From the NCBI RefSeq assembly GCF_006345805.1, contig NC_043011.1, forward strand, positions 23,882,464-23,946,463: a stretch of 64,000 bases of DNA, read 5' to 3'. Both the position numbers and the translations under genes were made by a program. The DNA is from Octopus sinensis (Eukaryota). Position 1 is the stretch's first letter; every line of letters starts with the position of its first letter. Positions 53,563-64,000 of the stretch are shown here, piece after piece. The notes beneath the pieces were generated by a model. The model did not search any database, had not been told where the DNA came from, and saw nothing but the letters and a program-made list of their open reading frames with translations.

Positions 53563-54865
53563 CAGTGTACAGTGAATAAATTGTCATCTAACAATGAAGT
53601 TAACACTGACATCTCATTTTAACAGATATATTAACCAAAATTACATAAAAATATCTGCAAATACTAGAGAGTAAATGTATTCAATAAAATTGCCATTGGC
53701 TTCAACCACGGCCTCCAGACGATTTCGGAATCTCTTGCAACACTTCTGGACAGTCTCCTTGTTTAAGTTGGTGAATACTGCCATAATCCTTGCCTTAAAT
53801 TCATGTATTACAAGGAGTTTTATTGATCTCTCACTCAACTGCACACCACACATAATAATCAAGTGGGTTGCAGTATGGAGGAGGTTGGTGGCCAGATATT
53901 AGGGGTGATGTGGTCGCAGAAATTGTCTGACAGTATGACTGGGTTTTCCTGCTTGTGTAGCATGGTCCAGAGTTCTGTTGCCAGACATAGGGTGTTCCAG
54001 TAGCCACCCTCTTGACTCAGAGCAGCACTAATCTCCTCCAGGCACTTGATGTAGGCCTCCGTGTTGAGTCTGAGGCCATGTGGGAGGATGAATGGAGGCA
54101 TAACGCCGCCATCACTAGTGTTCTCTCCAAACACCCTGATGTTGACTGGATGTTTGGTTTTTATCACTCTCGGTACATGTTTTGGGGATACGGCAAGCCA
54201 ACGATTGTTCTTGTTTTCAGCATCTGATCTTGGCAGAAGTTTTTCTCGTCTGAGAAAAAAACCAAAGCATGTTCGGTTGGAGGGGATGCATGAGTTTGTT
54301 CAAAGGCTTCGTAGTGGGGTCTTTCCTCTTGTCCTTGGGATAAAAATTAGACGGCTTGGAATAAAAATGGCCTCTTTCTCATCTTGCATGAGGAATACCG
54401 AATGTCTTCATGCAACACCTGCCTGATAAGAAACTCAGACACTCCCATGTCCTTGGCAATGGACCTGATTGACTTGAAGGGATCGTTGTCAATCATGACC
54501 TGGATCTCATCAAAAAATTCAGGTGTTCTTTTCTTATCAAATGATTAGAGGGAGTTTTCCGAGCTGCCGTACCATCATAATCATCATTAGACTCGTCCAA
54601 CTCTTTCAGAACCCGCTGAACTGTCCTCATATTGACACCCAAACATTCTGAAATGTTCGTATTGGAGCATCCGGCGCGAATGCTAAACAGTACAGCATGT
54701 CGTTTCGAAATTTCTGGCAGAGTGAATTGTGTCATGGTGCTGTTTTTCTCACAGACGGTGCTCAACCGACCCTACCATACTGTGTTGTCGACAAAATTAA
54801 AACCAAAAAATGTGCATGCACGAAATAAAAAATATAAAATGACGACAATTTATCTATCGCATCCT
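53563..54865 (-). mobile_element. Second DD37D element of the same family, in intron 1
   Basis: Colinear with 10060-11328 over its whole length. Imperfect TIRs of about 28 bp (CAGTGTACAGTGAATAAATTGTCATC vs TAGGATGCGATAGATAAATTGTCGTC) with TA flanks. Confidence 0.85.
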
Positions 54866-55028
54866 ATGTATGTATGTATGTATGTATGTATATATATATA
54901 TACTCGTATATATATATATATATACAGTATATATATATATAATATATATATATATATAATATATATATATATATATGATATATATATATATATATATAGA
55001 TATATGTATATATATATATATATACTCG

Positions 55029-55080
<52 letters not shown>

Positions 55081-55233
55081 GACAGACAGACGTGGCAGAA
55101 GTAAATAGACACCCTTATAATACACATAGCGGCATGATCTTAAAATATCGACAAGATCTTAATATCTTACTGCAGAAATCAAACCAAGGAGTGATAATGC
55201 AAAGCACAGAGAAATGATACTGAAAAAGGTATT

Positions 55234-55301
<68 letters not shown>

Positions 55302-55410
55302 CTATCTATCTATCTATCTATCTGTCTATCTATCTATCTGTCCGTCTGTCTGTCTGTCCGTCTGTCTGCCTGTCCGTCCGTATGTCTGTCTGACCGTCTA
55401 GCTGTCTGTG

Positions 55411-55481
<71 letters not shown>

Positions 55482-55546
55482 ACAAATAAATAAATATATA
55501 CATACATACATACATACATACATACATACATACATACATACATAGA

Positions 55547-55578
<32 letters not shown>

Positions 55579-55580
55579 AG
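54866..55580 (+). repeat. Compound (TA)n/(GA)n/(TATC)n/(TACA)n microsatellite block
   Basis: Direct reading. Other (TATC)n at 24602-24686 and (ACCT)n at 34760-34890. Confidence 0.9.
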
Positions 55581-56564
55581 AGGGACATATGTATGTAATA
55601 TAATTTTTCTGAATCTTCAGATTTTTTCAATATGCTTGGCCACTGGTTTAAATTGATATTAATCAAATTAATATTCAATTTTTACCCTTATTATTTAAAT
55701 ATATATATATATAGTCTACTACTAATATAGGATGAAGTTTTTTTCTCTACAGAAAAAAATTCCATCAAGAAATGTCGCAGCATATTAAAATACCTTTACG
55801 GTTAAAATTATAAACAACTTCCACATATAATTTATATAAATTATATGTGGAAATTGACGATTTAATAGTCTGTTATCAGCATATTGGCTTTGAAATAATT
55901 TTCTTTAGCCCTTACTTATAAGTTGTTTATATATATATATATATGTAGGAAGGCACTAAGATACGATAATGGCATTGCAGATAATGTGAATTAGGTTAAA
56001 TACAGAAATTATAATTTCAAACTTGGACGCAAAGCACACATTTTGGCGGAAGAGTACACACAATTACACTGACACCAGAACAAGACGGCTTTTAGTTATG
56101 TCAATCCCGAAAAGAAGAAAGACCCAAACAGGCTTCGTAGATTTGAAGTCAGAACTTACAGAGACATAACTAAAAGCTGCACAAACATTTAAATCAGAGT
56201 CGTTACTCGTCTTTACCGTCCGCAGTATATCAGTATAAAAGAAATATGATTTCAGCTGCGCGAAAGCTAACGACATCATGGTTCTAATTAGCTTAAATTA
56301 AAAGGACAAAAAAGGAAAATCAAAGTTGGTATTAAATAAAAGAAAAAAAAAAAAAATTGTTATTGATATATTTTTCGATTCTTTCATATGAGGAAATCGT
56401 GAAGAGTTTAAGTTCAATAAATGGAAAAGTTCAATCGACATGAATAATGAAATCTTGCACACCCGCCTTTTTTTACCCCCAAAACAAGCACGAAGGATGT
56501 ACATGGCGTCATCAACAACAACAACATTTTTAATAATAAAAGTATTAATACTGAAGATTTATAT

Positions 56565-56656
<92 letters not shown>

Positions 56657-56925
56657 TTTGGCTCAAGGTCAGCAATTTTGAGGAAAGCGTGGTGCTGGGA
56701 AGTCGATTACATCGACCCAAGTACTTGACTGGTACTTTACTTTATCGATCGCGAAAGGATATAAGGCAAAGTTTATTTCGGTCAGATTTGAATTTCAAAC
56801 GCAAAGAACCTGGAAAAAATGCCATTAAGCATTTTGTCCAACAGCAATTTGTCTCTTTAACAACAACAACAACAACAACAACAGCAGCTGTAGTAACAAC
56901 AACAACTATTATTATTATCATCATA

Positions 56926-57325
56926 AGGAGGCGAGCTGGCAGAATCGTTAGCACGCAGGGCGAAATGCTTAGCAGTATTTCGTCTGCCGCTACGTCCTGA
57001 GTTCAAATTCCGCCGAGGTCGACTTTGCCTTTCATCCTTTCGGGGTCGATTAAATAAGTACCAGTTACGCACTGGGGTCGATGTAATCGACTTAATCCGT
57101 TTTCTGCCCTTGTTTGTCCTCTCTGTGTTTAGCCCCTTGTGGGTAGTAAAGAAATAGGTATTTCGTCTGTCGCTACGTTCTGTGTTCAAATTCTGCTGAG
57201 TTCAACTTTGCCTTTCATCCATTCGGAGTCGATTAAATAAAGTACCAGTTATGCACTGGGGTCGATGTAATCGACTTAATCTCTTCCCTCAAATTTCAGG
57301 CCTTATGCCTACAGTAGAAAGGATT
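56926..57325 (+). mobile_element. Dimeric SINE-A, head-to-head with an inverted copy at about 56662-56855
   Basis: Full head at 56926, A2 linker, second partial monomer and an (ATC/ATT)n tail. Confidence 0.8.
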
Positions 57326-57386
57326 ATCATCATCATCATCATCATCACCACCACCACCATCACCACCACCATCATTATCATTATTA

Positions 57387-57428
<42 letters not shown>

Positions 57429-58075
57429 TATTATTATTATTATTATTATTATTATCGCCTTCATCAATATCGTCTTGCCAAATTTAGAAAACTTTGAAGT
57501 TTGGATGAGGGATAACTAGCGAAGCTGTATCAAAATTTAAAAAAACTTATCTAAATTTACTTAAACTAACATGGTTCACGGAAAAATTGACACATATTTC
57601 AAATGTTTTGTTTATCCGTTATTAACGAACTGTTTAAGACTATCAGTGTTGCTATAAATGCAACCAGATCTATAAGTCCTATTGATTTATTTTGACGAGA
57701 CACAAGGCCATCATTTGTAGAGGGTGAATTATACGCAAATACTGAATTTCTTACAGTCCATCGGTCCCGCTACCATATTCGTACTTACCTTATTGACCCA
57801 AGAAGAATGTAATAATTGAAGATAATAATGAAATTTGAACTAGAAGGGGAGAAAGAGACGGAAGTAGATACTGTGACGCACATTGCTACCCATATAAAAA
57901 GAAATAGCTTAGCAAAATGCGAGGTCGATGACTGTTTTTGTTAAATGATAGATAAGTTGAGGTTTTTTTTGTGTGCCAGAATAGGGGAAACATTTCCTAA
58001 GAAACATAAAAACAAAGATGCCTGAAAGAAAGTTTATACCAGAAAGAGAAAACGGAAAATAAAAGGGGGTTTTAC

Positions 58076-58205
58076 CTGGCCTTGTTGGACAACAAATTCC
58101 ATCAGGAGTGGTGGCATTTTTCGCACATACTCTTGGAAACTGTGCAGAAATTGAGGGCAATAATGTGAAGAAAAGAAAACATGAAAATGTTTGAGGAATA
58201 TCCAT
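58076..58205 (-). CDS. TYR: Tyrosinase-family gene, coding exon 1 (signal peptide and start of Cys-rich domain)
   Basis: Reads MDIPQTFSCFLFFTLLPSISA|QFPRVCAKNATTPDGICCPTRP+G. The hydrophobic leader is followed by AQFPRxC...CCP, as in vertebrate TYRP1/DCT N-termini. Donor CCAG|gtaaaa, phase 1. An in-frame upstream ATG at 58223 is an alternative start. TYR is a family-level symbol; orthology to TYR vs TYRP1/DCT is not established. Confidence 0.9.
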
Positions 58206-58401
58206 AGCCAAATAGCGATGCATATTCGTAAATATATTTAAATATATTTTTTTTTGCCTAAGTTGAAAATGTAAAAAAAAAAGAAAAAACAAAAAAATTT
58301 GTTTTTGCAAGTTTCTATGTATTTTCACTCCCCTGCGTTGGTTACTGTTAGCAAGCCATTAAGATCCTCCAGAGTTCCGTAACGTACAACTGTTTTACTG
58401 T

Positions 58402-58432
58402 GAATGAACGGACCACATGCACCATATATTAA
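58402..58432 (-). promoter_or_regulatory. Putative core promoter: TATA-like TTAATATAT, E-box CATGTG, Inr-like TCATTC
   Basis: Gene strand reads TTAATATATGGTGCATGTGGTCCGTTCATTC. The TATA-like element is about 25 nt before a TCAKTY Inr match (A at 58405), with CATGTG (58414-58419) between them. Confidence 0.35.
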
Positions 58433-58486
58433 GTCGACGCTGGGTTAATGGCGACTGGATTACCTGCTAATAATTACTCACGTGAC

Positions 58487-58496
58487 CCACCTCTGT
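58487..58496 (-). promoter_or_regulatory. CLEAR-like MiT/TFE site (GTCACGTGAG)
   Basis: 9/10 match to the CLEAR consensus GTCACGTGAC, lying between the M-box and the putative core promoter. Confidence 0.5.
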
Positions 58497-58590
58497 AATA
58501 CATTGTTTTTCACCTATTTGCTTGTTTTTTTTTTATATATTTAACCCTCGCTTTTTTTTTTTCAGCATGTCCTCGTGACTGATGTACGTA

Positions 58591-58601
58591 AGCACATGAC
58601 G
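58591..58601 (-). promoter_or_regulatory. M-box-like MITF site (CGTCATGTGCT)
   Basis: Plus-strand agcacatgacg reads CGTCATGTGCT on the gene strand, a 10/11 match to the vertebrate M-box AGTCATGTGCT, about 390 bp upstream of the ATG. Confidence 0.6.
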
Positions 58602-60182
58602 AATTCCGAAGCTTTTAAAACGGCTACGTGACATAGGAGACGAATCAGACTCCACCTCCACTTTATCTCAAGACGTATTCATCTAAAACACACATACACA
58701 TAGACGCACGCACACACACATACACACACATACACACACAGGCATGCACGTACACACGCACACACATACACACACTCACACTCCGCCCTCTCTTCCCGCT
58801 CTCTCTCTCTCACACATACACACACATATGCACACACATTTGCGCACATGGTCACACTCTTACAATGGCTCAACAAACAAATATAATATCACAAATTGAA
58901 GTAATTCACTATTTGAATGTTTAAAGAAATTATATTTTTGTTCTCTTTCCCTCTTTGTCTCTCTTTCTCTCTCTCCCCCATCCTCTGTCTCTTTTTCTCA
59001 CTCTCACTCTCTCTCTGTCTCTGTATATGCGTGTTTGTATGTTTTTTTACGCAGGTATGTATGTATGTATGTATGTATGTATGTATGTATGTATGTACAT
59101 AATATGAATATGTATGTTTAATTGTGTTTATGCTACTAAATGGGATTATGGTCATATAGAAAGTTCATTCATATACTTTTTTCCCTTTTTGAATCAATAT
59201 TGTGGTTACGTCAATCTGGGAATTTATGTACGTTTGTACCTGTGTTTGTATGTTACGCAAGCGTATTATGGTGCAAATTAAAACCCCGGGAATACAGACA
59301 CAGAAGTCTCTCACGTCACCCACATGTAGGGTGAAATGTCGATTAACTGAGATTATCTATGCAATTAGTAAACAAAAACTTCCTATCCAAAATTTAAAAA
59401 TCAACAAACTAGTGAGATAACTCCAATATTATGTTTATCGGAATTATTTAGCAATATAGGCAATATAGACTAGAGTGGGTTTGCTCTTTAAAGCTTACGG
59501 TCGAACGCATGGGTACATTTCGGTCTTATTAGACCTTCGAGCTGGCAGAAACTTTAAGCACGACGGGCGCAATGCTTAGCAGTATTTTGTCTGTCATTAC
59601 GTTCTGAGTTCAAATTCCGCCGAGGTCAACTTTACCTTTCATCCTTTCGGGGTCGATAAATTAAGTACCAGTTTCGTACTGGAGTCGATCTAATCGACTG
59701 GCCCCCTCCCCAACAATTTCGGGCCTTGTGCCTAGAATAGAAAAGATTAGACCTTCTAAGCGAAGCATATTTAACACACGACTGGCAAGACTAAGCGCGA
59801 TCAATACACACACACACACACATACATACACATACATACACATAAATACATACATATATATATATATGTATATATACATACACATAAATACATACATACA
59901 TACATACATACATACATACATACATACATACATGCATACATACATATATATATATATATATACTCTTTTATTCTTTTACTTGTTTCAGTCATTTGACTGC
60001 GGCCATACTGGAGCACCGCCTTTAGTCGAACAAATCCACGCCAGAACTCATTCTTTGTAAGCCTAGTACTTATTCTATCGGTCACTTTCGCCAAACTGCT
60101 AAGTTACGAGGGCGTAAATACGCCAGCATCGGTTATCAAGCGATGGTGGGGGAACAAAAACATACATGCACACTCACACATA

Positions 60183-61458
60183 CAGGGGTCGGACAAAATA
60201 TTGGAAACACTTTGCATCATAGCATCATAATTTTGAACTATCTATAAAACCGAAAAAGCTTGTTTATTACTATGTTTTTTGATTTATTATTAGTGTTGCA
60301 TAATATGTTTTGCTAAAAATTGTTGTTTCTTTTTAGATATCATCAGAAAAAAGTAATTAAAATTCATTAAAATGACAGATCTATTGGACTTTCAAAGAGG
60401 TCAAATAGTTGGTGCTCGTATGACAGGCGGTAGCGTAATAAAAACAGTTGACATGTTTGGTGTATCGAGAAATACTGTCTCGAAAGTAATGACAGCCTTT
60501 GAGAAAGAGGGAAAAACCTCCTCGTCGAAACAAAACTTCGGAAGAAAACCAAAACTTTCAGATAGTGACCGTCGGACTCATACGCGAATTGTTAGAAAGA
60601 ATCACGAAAGTACAGCTTCCAAAATTACTGCAGAGCTTAATGACCACATCGAGAACCCAGTTTCCACAAAAACTGCTCTCCGGGAGCTGCACAAAGCCGG
60701 ATTTCACGGGAGGGTGCAATCAGAAAACCACTACTTCAAAAACATACGTTGCAAAGCGTTTAGAGTGGAGTAAAAAAAAACCTACAGAATTGGTTCTTAG
60801 AGCAGTGGAAGAATGTTATCTTCTCGGACGAGTCATCTTTACCTTATTTCCGACCACCGGCCGAGTATACGAGTGCAGACAGCCAAAAGAAGCATTTGAC
60901 CAAGACTGCCTTTTTCCAACTGTTAAACACGGAGGAGGATCTGTGATGATCTGGCTGGTGCTATATCTTGGAAATCCGCCGACCCAATGGTTTCCCTTCA
61001 TGGCAAAATTAATAGTCAAGACTATTTAAGCATTTTATCTGATCAAATTCATCCTATGGTTGCGGAACTGTTACCGGAGGGAAACGCAATCTTTCAGGAT
61101 AATAATGCACCAATTCACACGACTAAAGTTGTTACTCAATGGTGCGAGGAACATTCTACTGAAGTTGAACATCTTATCTGGCCACCACAGTACCCAGATC
61201 TCAATAGTATTGAACATTTATGGTGTATTTTAGAAAAAAACAAACTAAAGAGTCGATATCCTCCACTATTATCACTACAAGAACCGGAGACTGTTTTAAC
61301 TGAAGAATGGACAAAAATTCTTTTGGAAACAATTCAAACTTTATAGGAGTCCATACCTAGTAGAATTCAAGCTGCAATTACTGCCAAAGGCGGTCCTACC
61401 CCATATTAAAATAAATTTGTTTGAAATTTTAAGGTATTTCTATTATTTTGTCCAACCC

Positions 61459-61461
<3 letters not shown>
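60183..61461 (+). mobile_element. Full-length Tc1 (DD34E) element with short TIRs, different family from 524-2098
   Basis: TA|CAGGGGTCGGACAAAATATTGGAAACAC...GTATTTCTATTATTTTGTCCAACCCCTG|TA. Confidence 0.92.
60372..61409 (+). pseudogene. Frameshifted Tc1 transposase
   Basis: MTDLLDFQRGQIVGAR..., IFSDES, GGGSVMIW, FQDNNAPIH and WPPQYPDLNSIEHLW are distributed over three frames. Confidence 0.9.
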
Positions 61462-61512
<51 letters not shown>

Positions 61513-62134
61513 GACGGGCTTCTTTCACTTTCCGACTACCAAATCTACTCACAAGGTTTTGGCCCGAGGCTATAGTAGAAGACACTTGCCCAAGGTGCTA
61601 CGCAGTGGGACTGAACCCGGAACTATGTGGTTGGTAAGCAAGCTACTTATCATACGACCACTCCTGATCTTTAGAGTCAACAAGTGTGCTTCGAAACCCC
61701 GTAGTTGCGACTTATCTCCTCCCCCGAAAGTGCTAGTCTAGTGCCAAAATTTGAAATCAGTACCATTGAGGTAAAATACCACGGCTGTAGGGAGAATCTT
61801 CTGCATACTAAATATAAATATGGCATCGTCCGATGGGTTAAATCAGTTTGAAATGAGAACTGTGGACTAGTTTAATATCTGTGTAAGATATATTGTTTAT
61901 ATTTGTCTGAGTCGCCTGAAAACAGTAATTCCCTGGAATCTGATCTTTGTCTCCGTTCATCTGCGACTCAACCCATTAAAACGCATCAACGTTATCAGGG
62001 TGGAAGTAAGTTTGTATTCCTCGGCATCAGACCCAAATTTCGGCTTCTATAAAATCAAACTCCTGTAATGTGAATCATAGATTCAGGAACAGAGGCGCGC
62101 AGCTGGTGCAAACGCACACCCTATATATATATAT

Positions 62135-62181
<47 letters not shown>

Positions 62182-62274
62182 AAATTATAATATATATATA
62201 TAGTATAACATATATATATATATATATATACATATATAATAATATATACATATATAATAGTATATATATTATAT

Positions 62275-62308
<34 letters not shown>

Positions 62309-62329
62309 ATTATATATAGTAATCCAACA

Positions 62330-62520
62330 TGAAAACACCAAGAGAAAACACAACAACGCGAGGATGTGGAACAAGTATAGTATTATTGGACGCTCAGGAA
62401 AGAAGGAAAAAAGGAGGTTAACGTTTCGAGCGGAGCTCTTCGTCAGAAACGTACGGGAAAGGAAGAGATCCAAGGAAGGAAAGACGGAGGAAAAAAATCG
62501 CCAACGGTACACACGCGATC
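62330..62520 (-). mobile_element. Penelope-like element terminal-repeat fragment embedded in (TA)n
   Basis: Contains ACGTTTCGAGCGGAGCTCTTCGTCAGA, the ACGTTTCG...TTCxTCAG signature of PLE pseudo-LTRs. Confidence 0.6.
62416..62450 (-). ncRNA. Minimal hammerhead-ribozyme-like motif (PLE type)
   Basis: Minus strand GTTT-CTGACGA-A-GAGC TCC GCTC-GAA-ACGT-T-AACC: CUGANGA core, 4-bp stem II, GAAA and a palindromic ACGU stem III. Stem I is imperfect. Confidence 0.55.
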
Positions 62521-62623
62521 ATATATATATATATATATATATACATATATATATAATATATATATATATATAATATATCTATAGATATATATATATTATA
62601 TATATATATATGTATATTATATA

Positions 62624-62753
<130 letters not shown>

Positions 62754-64000
62754 TGGTGAGGGAGATAATGAAAACGCTTTGAACATCCACCTAAAAAACT
62801 GAGTTTGCATCTCCTAAGCAAAGTTAGTTCCCTCGCTTATTCCTTGAATGGGTTTATTTTATCGGCACTCAGTGAATGAATGGTCACTGTAGGATTTGAA
62901 CTCAGAATCTAAAGGGATGAAACTAAAAACCGAAAAGTATTTTTTGCCTGGTACTCTACTGAGTTTTTCATGCATTTGTCTCACTCAGAATAAGGAATTT
63001 TTAAACATAAGAATAAGGCCGCTTAGATGCAGAAAAAAAGTAACTTGACGTAATTGTTAGCGTTGAAGACACGTGGTCTAGCGGTTTGGGGAACGGCCTC
63101 TTGGTTGTAATGTCATAGATTCAATTCTCACACCTATAAGAAGCTTTTTACCTACTAAGTGCATAGATCAGTTATGAGCAACTTGCAGCTCACTGGACTT
63201 TCTGCTTGGCACGCCAAATGAAAAAATGACCTTAAATTTTTCTTAGTAGTGTGCCCTGCCTGATGATGATTTATGTTCCATGCAGTATACTTCTCGAAAA
63301 AGGTTTCCCATGCATGCTTCGCATCAAATTTATAATACATCTTTGTATTTTGTATATGACAGATGCCTACTGGTGTGCTCATAAACCCTCACATGCTACC
63401 TGTTGCGGACTCCTGCCGAGCTAACTGTATGGGATTGTTATGTATGCGGTACTCCGTGTAGCGTAGAATAAATATATTAATAACGAGAAATACTTCACAG
63501 ATGGAGAAAATCTCCATCTGTGAAGTATTTCTCGTTGTTAATATATTTTATTATATATATAAGATTCTAGAGTTTTCTGTGTCTGTATTTCCGGGGTTTC
63601 TGATGCTCACCGCAATACTCGTTGTTTTCTTTTTTCTATACCTTTTACTTGTTTCAATCATTGGACTGTGGCCATGCTGGGACACTATCTCTAAGGGTTT
63701 ACTGGAACAAATCGATCCCAGTACTTAATTTTTTTCGCACGGTCTTATATTTATTCTATCGCTCCCTTTTGCCAAACCGCTAAAATATAGGGTCCTAAAC
63801 ACAAATACAGAGGCACACGCATATTTACATAAATTCGTACATGCATACATATATACATGCATAGATGCATACGTACATATATACATATATGTGTGTTTGC
63901 ATGTATGTATACACATATACGCACTAACACACACACTCACACACATATATATACATATACACAGCTGGCTTATGTGTATGTATGTATGTACACACACACA

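Noticed and set aside
57909-58075. Remainder of the 139-aa ORF after ..CCPTRPG, and its long N-terminal extension
   Set aside because: Intron 1 sequence after the gtaaaa donor. The upstream part starts at a GTG and is T-rich UTR or intron.

Overview
AT-rich, repeat-saturated animal genomic DNA. The SINE, LINE and microsatellite landscape looks like an Octopus or other coleoid cephalopod genome (inferred from repeat content, not verified). The window holds one complete host protein-coding gene on the minus strand, which the ORF track shows only in pieces. It is a 5-exon, 535-aa, membrane-anchored, vertebrate-type tyrosinase (TYR/TYRP1/DCT family): join complement(58076..58205, 37116..38077, 20001..20135, 17452..17596, 9370..9605). 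All splice sites are GT-AG and the phases are consistent (1,0,0,1). The protein has a signal peptide, a Cys-rich EGF-like domain, all six Cu-binding His, a TM helix and an acidic dileucine-like tail (DEEQPIF). About 200-400 bp upstream of the ATG lies a cluster of MITF/TFE-type sites: a 10/11 match to the vertebrate M-box, a 9/10 CLEAR site, and an E-box beside a TATA/Inr-like element. This suggests a vertebrate-like MITF-tyrosinase-melanosome module in a mollusc. The rest of the window is transposon debris: two Tc1 families, DD37D, mariner, hAT and Helitron DNA elements, R4/Dong-, Hero-, CR1- and RTE-like LINE fragments, Penelope-like repeats (one with a minimal hammerhead-like motif), several tRNA-SINE families and many microsatellites. 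Boundaries of degraded repeats are approximate and all comparisons were made by eye.
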